From: a virus | DNA length: 5,572 bases | IMG/VR virus record: IMGVR_UViG_3300029855_000069 | Strand: one strand, 5' to 3' | Part shown: one piece after another, positions 5,474 through 5,572 of the stretch | How positions within the stretch are numbered: the first letter of the stretch is position 1 | Layout of the letters: every line of letters begins with the position of its first letter | Translations under genes and position numbers: made by a program | The notes under the pieces: generated by a model | The model's database searches: none | What the model was told of the DNA's origin: nothing | Seen by the model: the letters and a program-made list of their open reading frames with translations, nothing else

Positions 5474-5572
5474 CTGAAAAACCGCATGGTTGTCACTTTC
5501 GTTTTCAGGTCGTACCAGTTCTACTTGATGTAACTGGTACGACTGACACCAATGTTGAATTGGTGTACTAAA
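5474..5572. repeat. Second copy of the terminal redundancy (identical to 1..99). It includes a second copy of the ori hairpin at 5509..5543.
   Basis: Exact 99-nt identity with the window start. Confidence 0.9.

Noticed and set aside
5336-5533. 65-aa ORF spanning the VP3 3' end into the terminal repeat
   Set aside because: It runs through the ori hairpin and terminal-redundancy region, has no Shine-Dalgarno box, and is an off-frame read of VP3.
1-5572. Search for tRNA, rRNA, CRISPR repeats, integrase or transposase
   Set aside because: No cloverleaf-compatible segments, no regularly spaced direct repeats, and no ORF with recombinase motifs were seen. This is consistent with a lytic microvirus.

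Overview
The window appears to be one complete circular genome of a Gokushovirinae-like Microviridae ssDNA phage, plus a 99-nt terminal redundancy: bases 1..99 are identical to 5474..5572, giving a unit length of about 5,473 nt. All credible genes are on the + strand, as expected for a microvirus. In order they are: VP1 major capsid (F-like), VP2 minor capsid/pilot, a near-consensus sigma70 promoter, three tiny tightly coupled genes (a 54-aa acidic protein, a 31-aa single-TM peptide, and a 37-aa K/R-rich J/VP8-like peptide; the last two are absent from the ORF track), the VP4 rolling-circle Rep with HUH and YxxxY motifs, a structured non-coding region downstream of rep, a 92-aa unknown ORF, and VP3 internal scaffold. 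Between the VP3 stop and the VP1 start sits a perfect 12-bp-stem hairpin whose loop carries ACTTG|AT, the phiX174 gpA nick-site core; this is the putative rolling-circle origin. Six genes share a GGAG Shine-Dalgarno box placed exactly 10 nt before the ATG, four of them with the extended form GGAGTTGWT. No tRNA, rRNA, CRISPR or integrase is present. The most novel-looking items are the 31-aa stand-alone membrane peptide, a candidate for a lysis function (no lysis gene is otherwise evident), and the homopolymer- and palindrome-rich region downstream of rep.
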